Below, in pieces: positions 1-8,900 of a DNA stretch of 64,000 nt (position 1 is its first letter; each line of letters begins with the position of its first letter). Location: positions 32,001 through 96,000 of the forward strand of contig JAWLBL010000004.1 of the NCBI GenBank assembly GCA_041687695.1, given 5' to 3'. This DNA is from Myxococcota bacterium (GTDB taxonomy: Bacteria > Myxococcota_A > UBA9042 > PHBI01 > JAWLBL01). The position numbers were made by a program, and so were the translations under genes. The notes under the pieces were generated by a model that was not told the DNA's origin, did not search any database, and was given only the letters and a program-made list of their open reading frames with translations.

Positions 1-1298
1 GGGCCGACGACGTCGACGGTCTCGTTCGCGGCGAACTGGCCGGGCTGCGACAGGGGGTTGCGCGGGGTCAGCTCGGAGCCGGGGCCGAAGAGCAGGTCCA
101 TGGCCTCGCGGTCGAGGTGGACGTGGCGCGCGCTGACGGCGATGGGGATGGGGCCGGGCTGGAGGGCGCGGGTCTGGTCGCGGACGACCTTGGCGGTCTC
201 CTCGGCGATGAGGAGCTCCTCGCTGGTCGCGACGACGAGGGCCGCGACCGGCGAGTTGGGCGCGCTGACGGCGGCGACGCGCCGGTCGGGACCGACGCGG
301 GCGTCCTGGTTTCTGTCCTCGTCGAGGGTGAGGCCGAGGAACTCGAGGCGCTGCAGGATGCGGCGGCGCATGGCGACGGCGTTCTCGCCGATGCCGCCGG
401 TCAGGACGACGGCGTCGACGCCGCCCATGGTGGCCGCGTAGGCCCCGATGTACTTGCGGACGCGGTGGGCGAAGACGGCGATGGCGAGGCGCGCGCCGTC
501 GTCGCCCGCGGCGGCGGCCTCTTCGAGGTCGCGCAGATCGTGCGAGCGCCCGGAGAGGCCGAGGAGCCCCGCCCTGCGGTTGAGGTGCTCGTCGAGGGCC
601 GCCACGTCGAGCGCGCCCGCGCGGAGGAGGGCCAGCAGCGCGCCCGGGTCGAGATCGCCCGAGCGCGTCCCCATCACCAGGCCCTCGAGGGGCGTCATGC
701 CCATGCTGGTCTCGACCGAGTGGCCGTGCTCGACCGCGCATACGCTGGCCCCGTTGCCGAGGTGGCAGGTGACGAGCCGGAGCCGGTTGAGCGGCTGGCC
801 GAGGTGCCGCGCCGCCTCGGCCGCGACGAAGGCGTGCGAGGTCCCGTGGAACCCGTACCGCCGGACGCCGTGCTCCCGCGCGAGGGCCTGGTCGATGGCG
901 TAGGTCCGGGCCCGCCTGGGCAGCGTGTGGTGGAACGCCGTGTCGAAGACCGCGACATGCGGCACGCTGGGCAGCGCGGCGCGCGCGGCCTGGAGGCCCG
1001 CGAGGTTCGCCGGGTTGTGCAGGGGCGCGAGCGGCACGCAGGCTTCGATGGCCGCCACCACCTCGTCGGTCACCAGCGCCGGCTGGGTGAGCGCCTCGCC
1101 CCCGTGCACCACCCGGTGCCCCACCGCCCCGATCTCCACGTCGCCGAGCGCCGACAGCACCTCGGCCAGCGCCTGCTCGTAGGTCCGCTCGCCGCCGAGC
1201 CGCTCGACCACCCCCCGCCGCGACCCGCGCCGCGTCGCGACGTCCACCACCTCGTACTTCAAGCTCGACGAGCCGCAGTTGACGACCAGGACCTTCAT
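1..1298 (-). CDS. ackA: Acetate/propionate kinase fused to a C-terminal PduL-type phosphotransacylase domain (3' end runs off the window)
   Basis: Translated by hand, as it is not in the ORF track. ATG at 1298 with GGAGG RBS. AckA motifs: MKVLVVNCGSSSLKY, VGHRVVHGG, PLAPLHNPANL, VFDTAFH, RRYGFHGTSH, CHLGNGAS, TSMGMTPLEG, TSEELLIA. The frame continues with no stop into IPIAVSARHVHL..LFGPG..LSQPGQFAANETVDVVGP, the PduL N-terminal signature. Confidence 0.92.
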   Translation of the reverse strand, partial: MKVLVVNCGSSSLKYEVVDVATRRGSRRGVVERLGGERTYEQALAEVLSALGDVEIGAVGHRVVHGGEALTQPALVTDEVVAAIEACVPLAPLHNPANLAGLQAARAALPSVPHVAVFDTAFHHTLPRRARTYAIDQALAREHGVRRYGFHGTSHAFVAAEAARHLGQPLNRLRLVTCHLGNGASVCAVEHGHSVETSMGMTPLEGLVMGTRSGDLDPGALLALLRAGALDVAALDEHLNRRAGLLGLSGRSHDLRDLEEAAAAGDDGARLAIAVFAHRVRKYIGAYAATMGGVDAVVLTGGIGENAVAMRRRILQRLEFLGLTLDEDRNQDARVGPDRRVAAVSAPNSPVAALVVATSEELLIAEETAKVVRDQTRALQPGPIPIAVSARHVHLDREAMDLLFGPGSELTPRNPLSQPGQFAANETVDVVG

Positions 1299-1552
1299 GC
1301 CGGGAGACCTCCGTGGGGGCGCCTTGGTTGGGGCGCGCGGAGCATACCCCAGCCGGCCTCGTCCGTGACACCCACGCGACGTCCGCCGCTCGTGTGAAGC
1401 CATCTCGAGGCCGGCCGCATCCAGTCCGGGGGGCCAGCGCGGCCGCGGAACGGCCGACGCGTGCGCCTGCCCGGCGGTGAGCCCAGACGGGGCCGGCACC
1501 CGCCGGCCTGGCGCCGTGGCCGTCCGGCGCGTCGCGGTGTAGGGTGGGCGGC

Positions 1553-2914
1553 ATGCGACCTCGGGTGCTCATCGCCGACGACGACCGCGGCGTCCGCTTC
1601 ACCGTGCGGGAGATCCTGGAAGACGCGGGGCTCGAGGCCGCCGAGGCGGCCGACGGCGCCGAGGCGCTCGCGCGGCTCGAGCGGGGGGGCGTCGATCTCG
1701 TCCTGGCGGACCAGCGGATGCCGGGGCTGGACGGCCTGGCCCTGCTCGAGGCCCTGCGCGGGCTCGCGGACGCGCCGCCGCTCGTGCTGCTCACCGCGCA
1801 CGGCTCCGAGCGCCTGGCCGTCGAGGCGATGAAGCGCGGGGCGGCCGACTACCTGCCCAAGCCGTTCGACCCCGAGGAGCTGGCGCTCGTCGTCGAGCGC
1901 CACCTCGAGCGGGCGCGGCTCGACCTCGAGAACCGGCGCCTGCGGGCCGAGCTGGCCCTGTCGCGTCACATGATCTTCCGCTCGGGCGCCATGCAGCGCG
2001 TGGCGCTCCTCATCGAGCGCGTCGCGCGGCGGGACACCACGGTGCTCATCTCGGGAGAGACCGGGACCGGCAAGGAGCTCGTCGCGCGCGCCCTCGTCGC
2101 GGCCTCGTCGCGCGCCGACCGGCCGTACGTCCGCTTCAACTGCGGCGCGCTGCCGGCCGAGCTCGCCGAGGCCGAGCTGTTCGGTCACGCCAAGGGGGCC
2201 TTCACGGGCGCGCACCAGCCGCGGACGGGCGTCATCCGGCAGGCCGCCGGCGGCACGCTCCTCTTGGACGAGGTCGGCGAGCTCGCCCTCGGTGTCCAGG
2301 TCAAGCTGCTGCGCTTTCTGCAAGAGGGCGAGGTGCGGCCCGTCGGCAGCGACCGTCCGGTGGTCGTAGACGTCCGGGTGCTCGCGGCGACCCATCGGGA
2401 TCTGGAGGCCGAGGTGGCCGCGGGGCGCTTCCGCGAGGACCTCTACTATCGACTGAACGTCGTGCCCATCCGGGTGCCGCCCCTCCGCGAGCGCCCCGAG
2501 GACATCGCCCCGCTCGCCGAGCACTTCGCGCGCCGCTTCGCCGACCGCTTCGGGATGGAGCGCCTCACGGTGGCGCCGGCGCTGCTCGCGCGCCTGTCGG
2601 CCGCGTCCTGGCCGGGCAACGTGCGCGAGCTCGAGAACGCGCTCGAGCGCCTGGTTGCCCTGACCTCGGGGCCGGTGCTCGACGACGACGGCCTCGCGCC
2701 CGCCCTCGCCGACGCCTCACCCGCTGGCCACACCGAGGGCCTGCCGCTGAAGGAGCGCGTGGAGGCCTTCGAGCGCGGGCTGGTCGCCAGCGCCTTCGAG
2801 GCGGCTGGCCGCAATCAGAGCGAGGCCGCGCGCCGGCTGGGCGTCAACCGGCCGACCCTCATCGGCAAGCTCAAGAAGTACGGCCTCGTGCAGGACGGCG
2901 AGGCGGAGGGCTGA
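1553..2914 (+). CDS. Sigma-54-dependent response regulator (REC-AAA+-Fis HTH, NtrC/AtoC family)
   Basis: REC (VLIADDD..LADQRMP..KP), Walker A GETGTGKE, intact GAFTGA, LLLDEVGE, FREDLYYRLNV, WPGNVREL, C-terminal HTH NQSEAARRLGVNR. Confidence 0.95.
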   Translation: MRPRVLIADDDRGVRFTVREILEDAGLEAAEAADGAEALARLERGGVDLVLADQRMPGLDGLALLEALRGLADAPPLVLLTAHGSERLAVEAMKRGAADYLPKPFDPEELALVVERHLERARLDLENRRLRAELALSRHMIFRSGAMQRVALLIERVARRDTTVLISGETGTGKELVARALVAASSRADRPYVRFNCGALPAELAEAELFGHAKGAFTGAHQPRTGVIRQAAGGTLLLDEVGELALGVQVKLLRFLQEGEVRPVGSDRPVVVDVRVLAATHRDLEAEVAAGRFREDLYYRLNVVPIRVPPLRERPEDIAPLAEHFARRFADRFGMERLTVAPALLARLSAASWPGNVRELENALERLVALTSGPVLDDDGLAPALADASPAGHTEGLPLKERVEAFERGLVASAFEAAGRNQSEAARRLGVNRPTLIGKLKKYGLVQDGEAEG

Positions 2915-2930
2915 GCGGCGGCAGGAGGCT

Positions 2931-3992
2931 TCAGCCCAGCATGGCCTTCAGGACGCCGTCGACCGGCCCCGGGTCGAAGCCGAAGGGCCCCTGGTCGCCG
3001 CAGAAGGCGACGCGCCCGTCCCGGATGACGTAGAGGCGGATGGGCCAGGCGTTGTAGTCGCGGCGCGCGGGGTCGCCCATCGCGTCGAGGACGAGCGGCA
3101 GGCGCAGGGCCTTCTTGTCGACGAGCCACGACGCCATCCGGCGGCGGTCCTCGAGCGTCCGGGCGTGCAGGAAGCAGAAGTCGGCGGGATCGCCCGTGTA
3201 CTCGGGATCCTGCTCGTACTGGCCCTCGATGGCCCAGCCGTCCTCGGGGTGAGCCTCGGTGATGTAGACGGCGAGGAAGCGCACGCCGCGCCCCGACCAC
3301 CGGTCGAGGAGCCGGTGCAGCTCGTCCAGACGACGGCGGAAGTGGGGGCAGCTGTAGGAGCCGAGGACGAGCACGGTCGGCGCCCCCGCGTCCCCGTCGG
3401 CGAACAGCGCCCCGAGGCTGGTCGCTTCGCCGTCGAGGGTGATCACCTCGCTGTCGGGCGCGGGCCGACCGACTGGCACGCCCTGGCCGCCGAGCGTGGT
3501 CCACCGGCGAAACTCGCGGTCGGGGGCGCTCTGCCGGGCGTCGCCGCCCAGCCGGGCCGATCTCACGATGGCGGCTAGCTCTCCGAGGAGGAAGGTGCGC
3601 GGCAGACGCGCCGACATCCGCCCCATCCCGGCGATGGCGAGGGTCAGCGCGCAGGCGGCGACGACCAGGAGGGGGAGGGCGACCCCGACGCGGCCGCTGC
3701 CGGCGACGAGCAGCGCGCCCCCGCTGGTGAGCAGCGTGACGCCGGACACGCGAGCGGTCTGCTGGATCTCCCTCGGGATCGCGGCGCCCGAGTAGCCGAC
3801 GCGCAACGGGCCGGCCAGGCCGATGGCGCCGAGCAGCGCGCCCGAGGCGAGCAGCAGCGGGCTGAGCTCGGGCTCGTTGGCAGGGAGGTCGCCGAGCAGG
3901 TGCACGGCCACCGCGGCGAGGGCGAGGCCGCCGAGGCCGAGTGCGGCGGCGGCGGCGCGGAAGAAGCGGTACGCGGGGAGGCTGGTCAGCAT
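2931..3992 (-). CDS. Membrane protein with a C-terminal iodothyronine-deiodinase-like (thioredoxin/peroxiredoxin fold) domain
   Basis: About 4 hydrophobic N-terminal segments, then PAPDSEVITLDG, LVLGSYSCPHF, FLAVYITEAHPEDGW, YNAWPIRLYVI, GDQGPFGF, all matching deiodinase-family motifs. Start 3992 is preferred over 4022 because a sigma-54 promoter overlaps 4006-4021. Confidence 0.8.
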   Translation of the reverse strand: MLTSLPAYRFFRAAAAALGLGGLALAAVAVHLLGDLPANEPELSPLLLASGALLGAIGLAGPLRVGYSGAAIPREIQQTARVSGVTLLTSGGALLVAGSGRVGVALPLLVVAACALTLAIAGMGRMSARLPRTFLLGELAAIVRSARLGGDARQSAPDREFRRWTTLGGQGVPVGRPAPDSEVITLDGEATSLGALFADGDAGAPTVLVLGSYSCPHFRRRLDELHRLLDRWSGRGVRFLAVYITEAHPEDGWAIEGQYEQDPEYTGDPADFCFLHARTLEDRRRMASWLVDKKALRLPLVLDAMGDPARRDYNAWPIRLYVIRDGRVAFCGDQGPFGFDPGPVDGVLKAMLG

Positions 3993-4005
3993 GACGGCAG
4001 CGCAG

Positions 4006-4021
4006 AGCACAAACCGTGCCA
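4006..4021 (-). promoter_or_regulatory. Sigma-54 (-24/-12) promoter of the deiodinase-like gene
   Basis: Minus strand TGGCACGGTTTGTGCT, i.e. TGGCACG with exact GG-N10-GC spacing. Confidence 0.75.
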
Positions 4022-4060
4022 TGGCCGGTGTATGGTGGGGCCACCAGCCAGGAGGCGACC

Positions 4061-5407
4061 ATGATGACGACAGGGGAGTCGGTCCGCGACGCGGACACGG
4101 TGACGCCGCCGCCCGAGTGGGTGTTTCGGGCCATCTCGGTCCTGCCGAGGGTCGGGCTCGGCGTGAGCGGCGCGCTCCTCGCCATGGTCTGGGCGGGCGG
4201 CGGCGAGCCCTGGCAGCTCGGGATCCTCGCCGGCGCGGTCGTCGGTACCGGCGCGGCTTCGCTGCGCGTGCTGCTGGGCGGCGTGCCCCGCCGGCCGCGC
4301 TTCGCGCTCGCCATGGCCGTCATCCTCCTCGTGCAGCTCGCGGTCGTGACCGCCGCCGGCGGGCTCGAGGGCCCGGCCATCCTCATCCTGCTGCCGACCA
4401 CCCTCTTCGCCGCCCTCATCCTCCCCCGTCGCCGCTGGGTGGCCGTGACGGCCCTCGCGGTGACCGGCGTCATCGCGCTCGCCGCGCTCGCCCTCGCCGG
4501 CGTGAGCTTCGTCCCCGCCGCCTTCGACATCCAGTCCGCCAGCGGTCGGCCGCTCTTCTGGCTCGTCTTCGCCTGGCTCACGCTGATGGTCGTCGTCGGC
4601 GGCGGCCTCGTCGGGCAGCTCGCCCAGCGCTCGGTCGCCCGGGCCTGGCGCTCGGCGGCCCTCGCCCAGGCGGCCGTCGCCGAGGGGATGCGCGAGCGCA
4701 ACGAGCACCTCGTCGGGCTCACCGGCTCCATCGGCCACGAGCTGAAGAACCCCCTCGCGGCCATCCACGGGCTCTCCAAGCTCATGGCCGCTCAGGCCGC
4801 GCCCGGCTCCCGCGAGGCCAAGCGCCTCGGCGTCGTCGTCGAGGAGTCCGAGCGCATGGGGCGCATCCTCGCCGAGCTCCTCAACATGTCACGTCCCCTC
4901 GGCGGGCTCGCCCTCGCACCGGTCGCCCTCGCGCCCCTCCTCGAGGACACGGTCGTCATCCACGAGGGCCTCGCCAGGACGCGCGCCGTGCGGCTGGCCC
5001 TCGGCGCGGACGACCCGGCGCTCCGGGTGGCCTGCGACGCGCGCAAGGTCAAGCAGATCCTCATGAACCTCGTCCAGAACGCGCTCGAGGCCTCGCCCCC
5101 CGGCGGCACGGTCACGCTGCGTCTCCTCGAGGACGCGGATGCGGCCGTCATCCGCGTCGACGACGAAGGGCCGGGCCTGCCGCTCGACCTCGGCGCCGCC
5201 GTCTTCACGCCCGGCGTCACCACCAAGGGCGCCGGCACGGGGCTCGGCCTCACCATCGCGCGCGCGCTCGCCGAGCAGCACGGCGGCACGCTGACCCTGA
5301 CCACGCGTGAGGGAGGCGGCTGCCGAGCCGAGCTGCGCCTGCCTGCGCGTCCCGTCGGCACGGAAAGTGCTGAGGCCTGCCAGGTCGAGGTCCCTCTCGC
5401 CGTCTGA
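4061..5407 (+). CDS. Membrane sensor histidine kinase (multi-TM, HisKA, HATPase_c)
   Basis: GGAGG RBS before ATG 4061. About 5-6 TM segments. H-box GHELKNPL, N-box NLVQNALEA, DDEGPG, GTGLGL. Confidence 0.93.
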   Translation: MMTTGESVRDADTVTPPPEWVFRAISVLPRVGLGVSGALLAMVWAGGGEPWQLGILAGAVVGTGAASLRVLLGGVPRRPRFALAMAVILLVQLAVVTAAGGLEGPAILILLPTTLFAALILPRRRWVAVTALAVTGVIALAALALAGVSFVPAAFDIQSASGRPLFWLVFAWLTLMVVVGGGLVGQLAQRSVARAWRSAALAQAAVAEGMRERNEHLVGLTGSIGHELKNPLAAIHGLSKLMAAQAAPGSREAKRLGVVVEESERMGRILAELLNMSRPLGGLALAPVALAPLLEDTVVIHEGLARTRAVRLALGADDPALRVACDARKVKQILMNLVQNALEASPPGGTVTLRLLEDADAAVIRVDDEGPGLPLDLGAAVFTPGVTTKGAGTGLGLTIARALAEQHGGTLTLTTREGGGCRAELRLPARPVGTESAEACQVEVPLAV

Positions 5408-5420
5408 ACCGGAAGTGGCG

Positions 5421-5807
5421 ATGCCCGCACCCCAACCCACGACACCCGCCAGGATCCTGGTCGTCGACGACGATCCGGCCGTTCGGTTCACGCTCTGCGA
5501 GGCCCTGGAAGACGCGGGGTTCGTCACCGAGGCCGCGAGCGACGGTCGCGAGGCGCTCGCGCGGTGTCTCCAGGGGGCCCCGCTCGATCTGGTCGTGACC
5601 GACCTCGTGATGCCCGGCGGCGGTGGGCTGGCGCTCATCGCCGCGCTCCGCGAGGCCGCGCCGGCGCTGCCGGTGGTCGCCATCACTGCCATGGTGGACG
5701 GTCGCCACACCGCGCAGGCCCTCGCCGCCGGCGCCCGGGAGTGTCTGGCCAAGCCCTTCGAGCCCGCCCATGTCGTCCGCGCAGCTCGGGCGGCCATCGG
5801 CGGCTGA
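5421..5807 (+). CDS. Single-domain response regulator (REC)
   Basis: ILVVDDD, VTDLVMP, ITA, KPF. Confidence 0.9.
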   Translation: MPAPQPTTPARILVVDDDPAVRFTLCEALEDAGFVTEAASDGREALARCLQGAPLDLVVTDLVMPGGGGLALIAALREAAPALPVVAITAMVDGRHTAQALAAGARECLAKPFEPAHVVRAARAAIGG

Positions 5808-5825
5808 GGAGCCCGCGCGCTCGGG

Positions 5826-5864
5826 TGTCAGCCATCCGACAGGCCGCCTGTCGGGAAGCTGACA
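5826..5864. promoter_or_regulatory. Paired palindromic operator, a likely bEBP upstream activating sequence
   Basis: TGTCAGCCATCCGACA (5826-5841) and TGTCGGGAAGCTGACA (5849-5864) are both TGTC-N8-GACA and together form a 39-bp inverted repeat, about 55-90 bp upstream of a sigma-54 -24 element. Confidence 0.6.
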
Positions 5865-5916
5865 GCCGCGCCGCGGCGCGCGAGCCCTGACGGCACCCGC
5901 GCTCGCCCGGCGTCGA

Positions 5917-5932
5917 TGGCACGCCAGCTGCA
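5917..5932 (+). promoter_or_regulatory. Sigma-54 (-24/-12) promoter of the giant lipoprotein operon
   Basis: TGGCACGCCAGCTGCA with GG-N10-GC spacing, 35 bp before ATG 5968. Confidence 0.8.
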
Positions 5933-5967
5933 AAGTGCCGGCGGCAGACCGATCTGGGAGGGCTGCG

Positions 5968-8900
5968 ATGGGACGCACGTTGCGTGGGGTGGTGGTGTGC
6001 GGTGCGCTGGCCTTGGGGGCGGTGGGGCTCGCGGGGTGCGGCGAGGCCGCGGGGGGCCCGTCGCCCGAGCTGCCCGACATCGAGGAGATCGCGTCCTGGG
6101 ACAAGATCCAGCCCAACGGCTGCGGGGGCGTGACGCCGCTGTGGACCGAGGGCGGCGACGTCGCGCGGCCCGGAGAGCCCTGCGGCGCCTGCGACGGCGT
6201 CCTCGTGTGCGCCGGAGAGGACGCCGTCGCCTGCGCCGGCGCCCGGCCTGCCAACGCTTGCGGCGGGTGCGACGCGCTCGCCGGCGCGCCCGGCGGGTCG
6301 TGCGGCCACTGCGGCGGCACGTGGGAGTGCGCGGACGGGGCGCTGGTCTGCAGCGATCCGCGTCCGACCAACCCCTGCGGCGGCTGCGAGGACCTCGGCG
6401 GCGACCGGCCGGGCGTCATGTGCCTGTCGGGCGAGGTGCCCGGGGTCCAGCGCTGCGTCGGCCTCGACGCGATCGCGTGCGTGCCCTTCGGCACCAACGG
6501 CTGCGGCGGCGCCGAGGCGCTCGACGCGGCGCCCGGGACCTTCTGCGGGGCGTGCAAGCTGGGCGTCTGGATCTGCGACGGCGCCGACGCCCTCGTCTGC
6601 CACGCCGCCGACAAGGGGCTCAACCCGTGCGGCGGCTGCGGCGCGCTCGAGGGAGACCCTGGCGCCGGCTGCGGGCCGTGCGGCGGCACCTGGCAGTGCG
6701 CCGCGGCCGGCGGCGCGGTCACCTGCGACGCGCCTCCGCTCAACGCGTGCGGTGGCTGCGCGTCGCTCGCCGGCGCCCCCGGCGCCCCGTGCCCGGGCGG
6801 CGTGTGGGCGTGCTCGGGCGCCGAGGCCGTCCAGTGCGTGCCGCCGGGCGGCAACGCGTGCGGAGGCGAGTCGGTGCTCGCCAGCACGCCGGGCGCCGCC
6901 TGCGGGCCTTGCTCGGACGGCGTCCGCATCTGCGCCACCACGGAGAGCACCGCCTGCGTCGGCGCAAGCAGCCTCAACGCCTGCGGTGGCTGCGGGTTCC
7001 TGCCGGGCGTCGCCGGCGAGGCCTGCGCCCCGAGCGGCGTCTGGGCCTGCAAGGGCGGCGAGCTCGAGTGCGCCTTCGACGCGACCGCCAACCCGTGCGG
7101 CGGCTCGCAGGCGCTCGCACAGGCCCCGGGCATGCCGTGCGGCCTGTGCGACGGGGGCGTCTGGACCTGCAACGGCTTCGAGTCGGTGGTCTGCGCCGGC
7201 GGGCAGCCGCAGGACTACCATGCGTGGCCCGACGCCGACGGCGACGGGTTCGGCGACGCGGGCGCCGCGCCCGAGGTCCAGTGCGAGCTCGCCGACGGCT
7301 TCGTCCGCAACGGCGACGACTGCGACGACGCGCCGGGCCCCGGCGCGGCCGTCCACCCCGACGCCGACGAGGTGTGCGACGGCGTCGACAACGACTGCGA
7401 CGGACACACCGATCCGGCCTGGTCGCAGGGCGTCCTCGTCTCCTACCGCGACAAGGACGGCGACGGCTTCGGCCTCGAGACGAGCCCGGTCTGGGCCTGC
7501 GCCGCGCCCGCCGGCTTCGTCGCCACCCCGGGCGACTGCGACGACGGCGACCCGGCGTTCTACCCGGGCGCCCCCGGCGAGGCCTGCGACGACCCCAACG
7601 ACTACGACTGCGACGGCGCGACGCTCTGGGTCGACGCCGACGGCGACGGCTCCCCGAGCTGCGGCGGGACGGTCGACTGCGACGACGCCGACCCCGCGGT
7701 CCACCCGGGCGCCGTCGAGCTCTGCAACGGCGTCGACGACGACTGCGACGGCCTGACCGACGAGGCCTCGGCCGCCGACGTCCAGGCCTTCTACCGCGAC
7801 CTCGACGGCGACGGCCACGGCGACCCGGACCACCTGACCTGGGCCTGCGCCGCCCCGCCCGGGTTCGTCGACGTCGCCGGTGACTGCGACGACGACCCCG
7901 CGACCGGCGCCGCCGCGCACCCGGGCGCGCTCGAGGTCTGCGACGGCGTCGACAACGACTGCAACGGCCAGACCGATCTCGACACCCCCATCGCCCTCAA
8001 GCCCGTCTGGTACCGCGACGCCGACGGCGACGGCTTCGGCGCCCAGCACGACTACGCCGTCACCTGCGACCGCCCCGACGGCTTCGTCGCCCGCGGCGGC
8101 TTCACCGACGACACCACCGACCGCTTCGACTGCGCGCCGCTCGACCCGGCCGTTCACCCCAACTCCCCCTCCGCCCCGCCGGGCACCCCGCTGGTCGTCG
8201 AGCTCTGCGACTTCATCGACAACGACTGCGACGGCCACACCGACATGGGCCCGTGGCTGGGCGACGCCTGGGCGCCCTGGCCCGCCGCGGCGGCCCCTCC
8301 CGCGCTCTGGATGCCCGACCGCGACGCCGACGGCTACGGCGACCCCGCTCAGCCCATCGTCGGCTGCCACCCGGCCGCCCCCGGCGCCGCCCCCTTCCAC
8401 CCCGCCCTCGGCTTCCCCTTCGTCCCGTACGGCGCCGCGCCCGCCGACCACGACTGCAACGACCTCAACCCCAAGGTCCACCCCGGCGCCAAGGAGCTCC
8501 CCGGCGACGGCATCGACCAGGACTGCGACGGCCGCGAGGCCTGCTACGTCGACGCGGACGGCGACGGCGCGGTCGGCGACTTCTCGCTCACCGTCCTCAT
8601 CGATGGCCTCGACTGCGCCCCCGCTGGCCTCATGACGGGCGTCGCCGCCGCGGGCGCCCCCTGGGACTGCGACGACGGCGACCCCACCGTGCACCCGGGC
8701 GCCTTCGAGGTCTGGGGCGACGAGAAGGAGTCCGACTGCGACGGGGTCGAGGTCTGCTTCGCCGACGCCGACCAGGACGGCTTCCGCAGCGCCGACACCT
8801 CGCGCTTCGTCCTCTCGGCCAACGCCAGCTGCGGCGACCGCCACCTCGGCGAGGCCGCCGCCGCGCAGGCCCCCATCGACTGCAACGACGCCGACCCCAG

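Noticed and set aside
117..1397. 426-aa + strand ORF from the track
   Set aside because: Antisense shadow of the ackA-pduL fusion, which carries all the recognisable motifs.
3340..3365. Selenocysteine in the deiodinase-like active site
   Set aside because: The codon is TGC (Cys) and the ORF has no in-frame TGA.
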